From Candidatus Nanopusillus sp. (GTDB lineage Archaea; Nanobdellota; Nanobdellia; Nanobdellales; Nanobdellaceae), in NCBI GenBank assembly GCA_049414405.1, contig JBMSAQ010000022.1:30001-62000 (forward strand): DNA of 32,000 nt, in the 5' to 3' direction. The translations under genes were made by a program, and so were the position numbers. The notes below the pieces were generated by a model. That model was not told where the DNA came from. It saw only the letters and a list, made by a program, of their open reading frames with translations, and ran no database searches. Positions 17,584 to 26,486 of this stretch are shown here, in pieces. How positions within the stretch are numbered: the first letter of the stretch is position 1; each line of letters opens with the position of its first letter.

Positions 17584-19487
17584 TGTATATTTTTAAAGAA
17601 TTTTCAGAATTAAATATAAAAGAATTAAAAGAAGAAATAGAAAAAGAGAGAGAATTAATCAAAGATATGAAAGCTGGAAAAATATACAAAGAACAAAAAG
17701 AATTAATAAAGGTTATTTTATTTATTGTTGAATCACCAAATAAGGTAAAAACAATTTCTTCGTTTTTTGGAAGACCATCAATCAGAGATGTTGGTGGATT
17801 AAAAGTTTATGAAGTTTCCTTGGGAAACACATATTTACTAATTACTGCATCAAAGGGTCATATTTTAGAATTGACAACGGACAATATTGGTTTATTTGGT
17901 ATAGAGAGGAAAGATGGGGTATTTTATCCATATTATAATACAATTAAAAGATGTTTATCTTGTGGAAACCAATTTACCGAATATAAAGATGGAAAATGTC
18001 CATATTGTGAATCTAAAAATGTTGATGATTCAATAAGTAGGATAAAAGCACTACAAGAATTAGCTATGGAAGTAGATCAGATTATAATTGGAACAGATCC
18101 AGATACAGAAGGTGAAATGATTGCATATTCTTTATATTTAATACTATATCCATTTAATAGAAATATTAAAAGAGCCGAATTTCATGAAGTTACAAAAACA
18201 GCAATATTAAATGCTTTAGAAAATTTAAGAGATATTGATTTAAATTTAGTAAAATCCCAAATTGTTAGGAGAATTGAAGACAGGTGGCTGGGGTTTAGTT
18301 TATCACAGATTGTTCAAAGATATTTTAATAAAAATTGGTTATCTGCTGGAAGAGTACAAACTCCCGTTCTTGGTTGGATAATTAATAGATTTAATGAAAG
18401 AAATAAGTCTAAGTCATATATTTTAGAATTAAAATTAGAAAACGATAGAAAATTGTATATTGATGCTGAAATAAAGAATAGAAGAGAAATAAATAAAATT
18501 TTAAAAAATATAAAGGATAAAGAAATAAGTATAGTTGACTATAAAGAGGAAAAAGAAGAAATACAACCTTTACCTCCATATATTACTAGTACAATTCTAC
18601 AGGATGCAAATAATATATTAAAAATTGGTATAGATAGAATAATGCAAATATTACAAGAATTGTTTGAATCTGCATTAATAACTTATCATAGAACAGATTC
18701 TACAAGAATATCTTCACTTGGTATATCAATTGCAAAAGATTATATAAACCAAAAATTTGGAGAAAATTATTTTATAGCAAGATCTTGGGGGGAAGGAGGA
18801 GCACATGAAGCAATTAGACCAACAAGACCTTTAGATGTTGATACGTTAAGAAATTCTATAGAAAATGGAGAAATTGAAGTATATATTAATATGACAAAAT
18901 ATCACTATATAATTTATGATTTAATATTTACTAGGTTTATTCAATCACAAATGAAACCTGTTTCTGTAATTAAATATATAGAAAAGATAAAAATACCAGA
19001 AATAAATAAGGAAATAGAATTAAGCGGTGTAAAAGATATAATAGATCACGGATGGGATTTAGTACTTCCATTTAGAATTAATATTATGAAAATACAACCA
19101 CTACAAAATGGAATAAGAATTGTTGAGGTTATAGGTAAAAAAGTACCTAAGGTTAGATTATATTCTCAGGCAGATATCATCAATTTAATGAGGGAAAGAA
19201 GGATAGGAAGACCATCAACATACGCGATAATAGTAAAAAAAGTAATGGAGAGAGGTTATGTAATAAATAAAGGTAATAATCTAATTCCAACAAAATTGGG
19301 AATAGATGTATATAACTTTTTAGAAAAAAATTTTAAAGATTTTGTTTCTGAGAAAAGAACAAGAGATTTAGAAGAAATTATGGATAAGATTTCTGAAAAT
19401 AGAGAAGATTATAGAAAAGTACTCGAAAGTATATATGAAGAGACAAATATGATAATTGAAAAAGGAAAAAATATACAAAAAGAATAA
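17583..19487 (+). CDS. rgy: Reverse gyrase, topoisomerase-IA subunit (split gene; the helicase half is not in this window)
   Basis: 634 aa. The TOPRIM segment is IVESPNKVKTISSFFGRPS. There is an inserted Zn finger (CLSCGNQF...CPYCES). Further motifs are GTDPDTEGEMIAYS, LSAGRVQTPVLGWI, and the catalytic Tyr context ITYHRTDSTRIS. No helicase domain lies upstream, which holds aEF-1beta instead. The start overlaps the upstream stop (taATG). Confidence 0.85.
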   Translation: MYIFKEFSELNIKELKEEIEKERELIKDMKAGKIYKEQKELIKVILFIVESPNKVKTISSFFGRPSIRDVGGLKVYEVSLGNTYLLITASKGHILELTTDNIGLFGIERKDGVFYPYYNTIKRCLSCGNQFTEYKDGKCPYCESKNVDDSISRIKALQELAMEVDQIIIGTDPDTEGEMIAYSLYLILYPFNRNIKRAEFHEVTKTAILNALENLRDIDLNLVKSQIVRRIEDRWLGFSLSQIVQRYFNKNWLSAGRVQTPVLGWIINRFNERNKSKSYILELKLENDRKLYIDAEIKNRREINKILKNIKDKEISIVDYKEEKEEIQPLPPYITSTILQDANNILKIGIDRIMQILQELFESALITYHRTDSTRISSLGISIAKDYINQKFGENYFIARSWGEGGAHEAIRPTRPLDVDTLRNSIENGEIEVYINMTKYHYIIYDLIFTRFIQSQMKPVSVIKYIEKIKIPEINKEIELSGVKDIIDHGWDLVLPFRINIMKIQPLQNGIRIVEVIGKKVPKVRLYSQADIINLMRERRIGRPSTYAIIVKKVMERGYVINKGNNLIPTKLGIDVYNFLEKNFKDFVSEKRTRDLEEIMDKISENREDYRKVLESIYEETNMIIEKGKNIQKE

Positions 19488-19518
19488 ACTTATATATAAG
19501 TTATTTTAATATTATTTA

Positions 19519-19746
19519 ATGGTTGTTAGGGGAATAAAAGTTGGAGATGTATATGAGGTAGAAATAAAGAGTTTGACACAAAAGGGAGATGGATTCGCTA
19601 GAATAAAAGGAGTTGCGACTTTTGTAAAGAATGTAAATGTTGGTTGGAAAGGTAATGTAAAAGTTATTAAAGTTGGTCCTACTTACGTAGTTGCTGAACC
19701 TACTACAACTGAGAAATCTAAAGATTCAAACCAAAGCAATTTTTAA
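19519..19746 (+). CDS. Stand-alone TRAM-domain protein
   Basis: 75 aa. VGDVYEVEIKSLTQKGDGFARIKGVATFVKNVNVGWKGNVKVIKV is the typical TRAM OB fold. Confidence 0.8.
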   Translation: MVVRGIKVGDVYEVEIKSLTQKGDGFARIKGVATFVKNVNVGWKGNVKVIKVGPTYVVAEPTTTEKSKDSNQSNF

Positions 19747-19795
19747 AGATTTATAAAATATTTTTTAAAATATTTTTTATCTAAATGACGATATC

Positions 19796-20188
19796 ATGAT
19801 GACAACTCCATATGTAAAATGGCCCGAAGATGTGTTGAATACATTTATACAAAATTACGAAGCAAAGGTATATGAATTGTTTGAAAGAGCAAAGCAAAGT
19901 GGAAAAATTAAAAAGGGAGTAAACGAAACTACAAAGGCAATAGATAGAGGACAGGCAAAATTAGTAGCAATTGCGTTAGATGTAGATCCTCCAGAAATAG
20001 TAATGCATATACCAGCATTATGTGAAGAAAAAGGAGTAACTTATGTATATGTTTCTTCTAAACAAAAGTTGGGACAGGCTTGTGGTATAAATACACAAGC
20101 ATCAACTGCCGCAATAATAGAACCTGGTGAAGGGAAACAAATTATGGATGAAATAGTAAAGGCAGTTAGTACATTGTTAAAGAAGTAA
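19796..20188 (+). CDS. rpl7ae: Ribosomal protein L7Ae (K-turn binder)
   Basis: 130 aa. [50 protein letters not shown] is the canonical L7Ae core. Confidence 0.93.
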   Translation: MMTTPYVKWPEDVLNTFIQNYEAKVYELFERAKQSGKIKKGVNETTKAIDRGQAKLVAIALDVDPPEIVMHIPALCEEKGVTYVYVSSKQKLGQACGINTQASTAAIIEPGEGKQIMDEIVKAVSTLLKK

Positions 20189-20270
20189 ATTTTATAAATT
20201 TTTTTATTATTATATGTAGGTTAATATAAGTAAAGAAAAATTTATAAAACTTTATGTAGATATATATAAT

Positions 20271-21329
20271 ATGGCGTTAGCAACCTATGTTAATAATACA
20301 CTAGATCGATTATTAAATCAATATGAAAATGGAATGAATAGATTAAAAGGATTTGCTGAAAATGATCTTGAAAGAGAATCACTCGATGGAAATAAAAAGA
20401 CATATTCTGAAATTATGGGAGCTATGAAAGAAGTTTCTCAACAATTTGGAGGACGATTGGATCCAAAAGTTAATGAAGATTTAAGGCATACACTTGAATA
20501 TTTTATAAGTAAAGCATTAAAAGATAATGAGAGTCCATCTCAATTATATAGAATAATTTTAGATGCATATAATCAAGAAATATTTAGTAAAAGAGATGAA
20601 TCTCAAAAAATTAGTGAAGGAGAAAGGGCTCTTTTGATATTATTATCTAAAATATATTGGGAAGCTCTTAAAATTCTAGGCAATCCAGATCCAATAAGAG
20701 GACAATACTATCGTAATGTAGGTAGAGAAGCTAGAGAAAATGCAGCAAAGATTAAAGGCATAGTTGAAGAAATATTGGGAGAAGCTCTATATAAACATTG
20801 GTCATCAAGGAATAAGAAAGTAACAAAAGGAGAAATTATGGCTAATTTAGCAAAACATGCATCTCCATTCTATGGAGAGTGGGAAGGAGTAAAAGGTAAA
20901 ATAATAAGTGGTGTAAACGTGTTAACACCAGATGAAGAAGTACAAAATGCAGTCATGAGGTTAGTAACAGAATTAGAGAATAGCTACCTATCATTTATAC
21001 AAGGATTAATAGTGGCGGCATATAATAGACGTCCAGCTCCAGAGCATATAATACCAGTGCTAAAATACCTTAGTGGTAAAGACTTCTTTAAGAATGTATT
21101 TAGTGAAATATACAATGAAATTGGAAGTTATATAAATCAATTACAACCACAAATAGCCCAATATTTACAGTTAAATCAACTAGCTAGTCAGCAACAAGGA
21201 CAGCAAATTAATCAACCTAATATACAGCAACCTGCACCTATACAACAGAATCAACAACAGCCTGCTCAACAAGCTAATCAGCCCCAACAAAATCAACAAA
21301 ATAATCAGCAAGGTCAGCAAACACCATAG
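20271..21329 (+). CDS. Hypothetical soluble protein with a Gln-rich C-terminal tail
   Basis: 352 aa with no TM segment and no recognised family. The last 47 residues (21186-21326) contain 24 Gln plus Asn/Pro. The body's composition is less I/K/N-biased than its neighbours. A TTTATAAA box lies about 30 nt upstream of the ATG. Confidence 0.6.
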   Translation: MALATYVNNTLDRLLNQYENGMNRLKGFAENDLERESLDGNKKTYSEIMGAMKEVSQQFGGRLDPKVNEDLRHTLEYFISKALKDNESPSQLYRIILDAYNQEIFSKRDESQKISEGERALLILLSKIYWEALKILGNPDPIRGQYYRNVGREARENAAKIKGIVEEILGEALYKHWSSRNKKVTKGEIMANLAKHASPFYGEWEGVKGKIISGVNVLTPDEEVQNAVMRLVTELENSYLSFIQGLIVAAYNRRPAPEHIIPVLKYLSGKDFFKNVFSEIYNEIGSYINQLQPQIAQYLQLNQLASQQQGQQINQPNIQQPAPIQQNQQQPAQQANQPQQNQQNNQQGQQTP

Positions 21330-21400
21330 ATAGTTAAAAAATTTAGAAATTTTCTATTGGTGTTCTTTTATCCTTTTTTAAGACTAAAAGAATTACTTAA

Positions 21401-22083
21401 ATTATCTTTGGGGATGTTGAAATAGATTTTTATGTAATTACTTTTAGTCCTAATGACAATGTAGAATATTCTAAGGTTGATTTTAATGAATTATACAAAC
21501 TATATAAAAATAGGGATATGTCGATATATCTAAACAAATTAAATTAGATGATATACTGGAAGGATTAAATAATTCGGATTTTGTATTTATTACTAATGTT
21601 GGTTTTGCTGTTTATAATAATAGTTTAGATAAGGAAGATTTGGACAAAATATTATCTAAATAATAGATAAAGATATTTATATGTCAATGTTTTATACGCA
21701 TTAATCCAGCATATACAGAATCATATGGTCTTTCTACTTTAGAAGCATTAATATTTGTAAAACTTTTAGCAATATATATAGATGTTAAAGGATTAAAAGA
21801 ATTAAAAGAAGAGAGATATCTAAATAATCAAACAACATTTAGAACATATGAAGATCTCGTTAATCTAACTAAGAAAATTATTAAAGAAATTAAAAATGGA
21901 AAATATGATAAATATGTAAATAAAGAGGCAATAGAAATGTTAGAAAAAGAAGTAGATCTAGAAAAAGATGCAGAGAGATATTCAGAAATAATATATGAAG
22001 TAATAATATATAATGAATTGAAATTAAAATATAATAATAATAATTTGGAAGATCAAAGTAGAGAAATTGAAGCAATTGAGTAG
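21401..22083 (+). pseudogene. Decayed GT-B (GT4-like) glycosyltransferase, C-terminal half only
   Basis: There are three frame segments with no usable start. The first is DVEIDFYVITFSPNDNVEYSKVDFNELYKLYKNRDMSIYLNKLN*. The second is KLDDILEGLNNSDFVFITNVGFAVYNNSLDKEDLDKILSK**. The third is ...INPAYTESYGLSTLEALIF...EIEAIE*. ESYGLSTLEAL matches the E-x7-E GT4 motif (EgfGlvllEAm). Confidence 0.55.
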
Positions 22084-22140
22084 TTTTTATTTTTTGGTGG
22101 TTATCTAATTCTTATAAAGATCAATATTTCTTTAATTTTT

Positions 22141-24423
22141 ATGGTATATATAAAGTGGCTTAATGAGTTATCTAAAGATGATGTAAATATTGTTGGTGGA
22201 AAAGCTGCAAATTTAGGAGAAATGACAAAAATAGGCATTCCTGTTCCTCCAGGATTTGCCATAACTGCAGAAGGATATTGGAAATTCGTAGAATACAATG
22301 GAATAAAAGGTAAAATAGAAGAAATATTGAAATCAATTGATATAAATAATCCAACACAATTAAGGAAAGCTGCTAATCAGATACAAGAATTATTTATACA
22401 AGGAAATATACCAGATGATCTAAAGAATGAAATATTAGAAAATTATAGAAGATTATCAAGCATGTTTGGAAATGAACCAATATTTGTTGCTGTAAGATCA
22501 TCAGCAACTGCAGAGGATTTACCAAACGCTTCTTTTGCAGGTCAACAAGCTACATATCTAAATGTAAAAGGAGAAGACAAATTATTGGATGCAGTTAAAA
22601 AATGTTGGGCATCTTTGTGGACGGCAAGAGCGATTAATTACAGATCGGCTATGGGATTTGATCATAGTAAAGTAGCATTATGTGTTGTAGTACAAAAGCA
22701 AGTATTTTCAAAGAGATCCGGCGTTATGTTTACTGCAGATCCTATTAAAAATGATTTATCAAAAATAGTAATTGAATCTTCTTGGGGATTAGGTGAAGCA
22801 ATCGTTTCTGGAGCAGTAATACCAGATGAATATATTGTAGATAAGAATACATTAAATATATTAGAAGTAAAAATAAATGAGAAGAAAGTTATGACAATAT
22901 ACGATCCTGATTCGTTTACAAAAGAAATTGAAGTTCCAAATGAATTAAAGAATGCTAAAGTATTATCTGATGATGAAATAAGAACTTTAGCAAATTATGG
23001 AAAAATATTAGAACAACATTATGGAAAGCCGCAGGACATTGAATTTGCAATTGATGATACAGGTATATACATTGTACAAACAAGAAATATAACAACAATT
23101 AAGAAAGTAAAGGGAGATGAAGTAGAAGTAAAGGGTGAAAAAATATTATTAAAGGGTATTGCTGCTTCACCAGGTGTTGGTACTGGAAAAGTAAAAATAA
23201 TATTATCTCCAGAAGAATTTGATAAATTTGAAGAAGGAGATGTATTGGTTACTGTAATGACAAATCCAGACTTTGAACCATTAATGGCAAAGGCTTCTGC
23301 AATAGTTACAGATGAGGGAGGTCATTTATCACATGCTGCAATTGTTTCAAGAGAATTAGGAAAACCTGCAGTTGTTGGAACAAAAGATGCAACTAAAATA
23401 TTGAAGGACGGAATGATTGTAACTGTAGATGGGACACACGGTATTGTATATGAGGGAGAAGTAAAATTGGGAGAATTAACTAGAAAGGAAGTTGCAATAA
23501 AAGTAGTAAAGTCCACACCATTAGAAATTACAGCTACAAAAATTATGGCAATCGCCGATTATCCAGAAACAGCAAGTAAAGTAAAAGATTTAGTAGATGG
23601 AATAGGATTGTTAAGGATGGAATTCTTGATATTAAGAAATAGAAAACATCCAAGATGGTATCTAGACAATAATAATTTAGATGAATTTACAAATATGTTG
23701 GTAGAAAGATTGGAAGAAATATTAAGGATTATGTATCCAAAGCCTGTAATAGTTAGGACATTGGATATGAGGACTGATGAATATAGAAATTTAGAAGGAG
23801 GAGAAAAAGAACCAAAAGAAGCAAATCCAATGATGGGATGGCATGGTATTAGAAGGGATTTAGATCAGGAACAACTATTTAGAGCTCAAATAAGAGCTTT
23901 TAAAATATTAATAAAAGAAAGAGGATTTAATAATTTATGGGTAATGTTACCATTTGTAATATCGTGGGAAGAGGTATATAGAGCAAAAGAAATAATTAAA
24001 AGTGAAGGATTAGTGCCTGGAAAAGATATGAAGTTTGGAGTAATGGTAGAAACACCTGCTGCGGCATTAACAATTGAGGATATAATTAAAAATGCTGGTA
24101 TAGACTTCGTATCTTTCGGAACAAACGATCTAACTCAGTTAACATTGGGAGTAGATAGAAATAATGAAATGGTACAAAAACTAATGGACGAAGGACACCC
24201 CGCAGTTGTCAAATTAATATCAAGAGTAATAAAAATATGTAAAAAATACAGAGTGTATACATCATTATGTGGACAAGCTGGTTCCAGACCGGATTATGCA
24301 GAGCTATTGGTAAAACTTGGCATAGATTCTATATCAGTAAATGTAGATGCAGTAGAATTGGTAAGGGAAACCGTAGCAAGGATGGAGAAAAAACTTTTAT
24401 TAGATAAAATAAGAAAATTATAA
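22141..24423 (+). CDS. ppsA: Phosphoenolpyruvate synthase (pyruvate, water dikinase)
   Basis: 760 aa. The N-terminal ATP-grasp is VGGKAANLGEM, the phospho-His swivel domain is TDEGGHLSHAAIVSRELGKPAVVG, and a C-terminal PEP-utilising TIM barrel is present. Confidence 0.95.
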   Translation: MVYIKWLNELSKDDVNIVGGKAANLGEMTKIGIPVPPGFAITAEGYWKFVEYNGIKGKIEEILKSIDINNPTQLRKAANQIQELFIQGNIPDDLKNEILENYRRLSSMFGNEPIFVAVRSSATAEDLPNASFAGQQATYLNVKGEDKLLDAVKKCWASLWTARAINYRSAMGFDHSKVALCVVVQKQVFSKRSGVMFTADPIKNDLSKIVIESSWGLGEAIVSGAVIPDEYIVDKNTLNILEVKINEKKVMTIYDPDSFTKEIEVPNELKNAKVLSDDEIRTLANYGKILEQHYGKPQDIEFAIDDTGIYIVQTRNITTIKKVKGDEVEVKGEKILLKGIAASPGVGTGKVKIILSPEEFDKFEEGDVLVTVMTNPDFEPLMAKASAIVTDEGGHLSHAAIVSRELGKPAVVGTKDATKILKDGMIVTVDGTHGIVYEGEVKLGELTRKEVAIKVVKSTPLEITATKIMAIADYPETASKVKDLVDGIGLLRMEFLILRNRKHPRWYLDNNNLDEFTNMLVERLEEILRIMYPKPVIVRTLDMRTDEYRNLEGGEKEPKEANPMMGWHGIRRDLDQEQLFRAQIRAFKILIKERGFNNLWVMLPFVISWEEVYRAKEIIKSEGLVPGKDMKFGVMVETPAAALTIEDIIKNAGIDFVSFGTNDLTQLTLGVDRNNEMVQKLMDEGHPAVVKLISRVIKICKKYRVYTSLCGQAGSRPDYAELLVKLGIDSISVNVDAVELVRETVARMEKKLLLDKIRKL

Positions 24424-25215
24424 ATGAATAAAAAGGATATATTATATATATCTTTAATAACTATTTTTTCCATATTTTTCATATTTTTACCAATAAATAT
24501 CAACATATTTGTTAAAATTGGAATAATTATATTATTATATTTAATTTATTCATTAAGATATCTTCAAGAATATTTAGAATATGAAGAGATGGTAAACAAT
24601 TTTCCATTATTTTTAAGAGATTTATCCCATTATTTAAAAATAGGACAGCCGTTACCAATTGCTCTAAAAAGTGTGTCAAATAATTATTATGGAAAAAGAT
24701 TGAATAGAGAAATTAAATATATAATTTCTGAGATGGAGTATGGAAAAACTTTCAATGATGCGTTAAATGATTCTGCAAAGAGGATAAATAATTTAGAAAT
24801 ATCTGAAGTTTTATTAAATATAAATAATGTTTTAAAAAGTGGTGGGGATTTAAGTAATTTATTAGACACATTATCAGAAAGCATAAGAAATTTAGAAATG
24901 ATTAAAAAGGAGAGATTGTCTCAATTAAAACTTACAACATATACATATTACGGATTATATCTTGGAGTTCTATTATCAATTATTGCGGTATACTATTTAA
25001 TAGTTAATATAAAATCATTGGGTCTTTCATTTAATAAAGATGCATATTATGAATTAATAAATGTGTATAAATTTCTATCTTTTTTATTATTATTAATTAA
25101 TGCAATTTTTACAGGTTTAGTTATTGGAAAACTTGCAAAAGGAACTATAAGAGCTGGTATAATTCATAGTATAGTTTTGACAACTATATCTGTAGGCTTT
25201 TTCTTTTTATTATAA
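24424..25215 (+). CDS. Single-domain T2SS-F family membrane protein (FlaJ/TadC-like pilus/archaellum platform)
   Basis: 263 aa. N-terminal TM segments are followed by FPLFLRDLSHYLKIGQPLPIALKSV...YGKTFNDALNDSAKRI...SGGDLSNLLDTLSE (the T2SSF pattern) and then C-terminal TM segments. The start directly abuts the ppsA stop (taaATG). Confidence 0.65.
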   Translation: MNKKDILYISLITIFSIFFIFLPININIFVKIGIIILLYLIYSLRYLQEYLEYEEMVNNFPLFLRDLSHYLKIGQPLPIALKSVSNNYYGKRLNREIKYIISEMEYGKTFNDALNDSAKRINNLEISEVLLNINNVLKSGGDLSNLLDTLSESIRNLEMIKKERLSQLKLTTYTYYGLYLGVLLSIIAVYYLIVNIKSLGLSFNKDAYYELINVYKFLSFLLLLINAIFTGLVIGKLAKGTIRAGIIHSIVLTTISVGFFFLL

Positions 25216-25246
25216 TTTTAAAATTTTTTTATTATAAGAAAATATA

Positions 25247-25372
25247 ATGGTATTCAAGAACTATAACATTAAAATAAGAAAAATTAAGGAATCGAGAAAA
25301 TTTATGAGGCCACCCTTTTGGGCAGCAATTAAAAAATTTGGTAGAATAGTCTCACTTTATAGATTAAAATGA
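25247..25372 (+). CDS. rpl39e: Short ribosomal protein L39e-like ORF (41 aa)
   Basis: It falls below the ORF-track size cut-off. The sequence is MVFKNYNIKIRKIKESRKFMRPPFWAAIKKFGRIVSLYRLK. The segment R.IK.....RPPFW..IKKFGRIV parallels the L39e core (RLAKA.KQNRrvP.wv.vKT.grV). It is shorter than typical L39e (about 51 aa). Confidence 0.45.
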   Translation: MVFKNYNIKIRKIKESRKFMRPPFWAAIKKFGRIVSLYRLK

Positions 25373-26401
25373 TTATACATTTGGTTCTACACTTTTTATT
25401 ATAAGATCTATATCCATTCCTGGTCTTTTATTTTTTATTAATACAACTCTTGAATCAACATCTTCATCAAATATCTCATAACCAGGTAATTTTTCTACTA
25501 ATCCTTTTGCAAAATTTCTTATATCTTCCATGCTTGGAACATTTTTATATTCTAACTTCAACCTTGAATATCCTAAAAATGAATAAGATTTTACTTCTAT
25601 AAAGTGGGGATTATATATTTCAATTAATTTAGCCCATTCGTCAAAATATTTTAGATCATCATTTACTCCTTTAATTAGTGTTATTCTTGCAACTCTTCTT
25701 GTTTTCATTTTTGATGCAATTTCTAATGATTTTAGAAATCTTTCCCAATAATCCTTATATAAAGGTACAGATATTTTTTTGTACATTTCTTTATTTGGAG
25801 CTGTAAATGATATATACAATTGGGTTGGTAATGCATTTTTTTCAATTAATCTTTCCAATGCTTCTGGAACCTGTCCGGAAGTTACTATAAATATTGATTT
25901 TATCCATGGCCAATTTTTCTTAATGTATAATATACTCTCTGCGACATATGGGTATAACAATGGTTCTCCGGATAGCGAGAATGTAACATGGGTTGGCTTA
26001 TCAATAAACTTATCCAATAATTCTTTATTTGCCTTTGGGTTGCCATAATATCCAATTAACAGTTTCCTTCTTAATTCTCTAAGTTTTTCCATTACTTCTT
26101 CTGGCCTATCCACTTTGTTTTTTGGTAGTATATCATGATAGGATTCAAATTTTGCGTTTGGTCTCCAGCAAAATATACATCTATTTGTACACCAAACTAC
26201 TGATTGAGTCATTTCCATACATCCTGCAGTGTCTATTCCATAGAATTTATTTTTGTAACATACTCTTTTATTTACAATTGATTCTTTTGTCCAATGGCAA
26301 ATTTCAACAGCAGAATGATTATAAATTCCATATCCAGCTTTCTCTAATTGTTTTGAAGTCTTTAGATTATGTACTTTCCATTTTTCATCATTTTTGATCA
26401 T
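25373..26401 (-). CDS. taw1: 4-demethylwyosine synthase Taw1/TYW1 (radical SAM)
   Basis: 342 aa. HSAVEICHWTKESIVNKRVCYKNKFYGIDTAGCMEMTQSVVWCTNRCIFCWR matches the Taw1 auxiliary-cluster and CxxxCxxC regions. Confidence 0.88.
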   Translation of the reverse strand: MIKNDEKWKVHNLKTSKQLEKAGYGIYNHSAVEICHWTKESIVNKRVCYKNKFYGIDTAGCMEMTQSVVWCTNRCIFCWRPNAKFESYHDILPKNKVDRPEEVMEKLRELRRKLLIGYYGNPKANKELLDKFIDKPTHVTFSLSGEPLLYPYVAESILYIKKNWPWIKSIFIVTSGQVPEALERLIEKNALPTQLYISFTAPNKEMYKKISVPLYKDYWERFLKSLEIASKMKTRRVARITLIKGVNDDLKYFDEWAKLIEIYNPHFIEVKSYSFLGYSRLKLEYKNVPSMEDIRNFAKGLVEKLPGYEIFDEDVDSRVVLIKNKRPGMDIDLIIKSVEPNV

Positions 26402-26437
26402 ATGAATAATATATTATATAACATAGTTATAAATATA

Positions 26438-26486
26438 TCAGTGAACTTGGCATTCATCATTCATCAGCTGAGAAGGCTTTCTTCAC
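26438..26486 (-). ncRNA. Box C/D sRNA (2'-O-methylation guide)
   Basis: The minus strand reads GTGAAGA-aagccttctcag-CTGA-tga-ATGATGA-atgccaagttca-CTGA, which is C(1 mismatch)-12nt-D'-3nt-C'-12nt-D. The 5' half overlaps the last codons and the stop (TGA inside D') of the CDS at 26464-26871. Confidence 0.8.
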
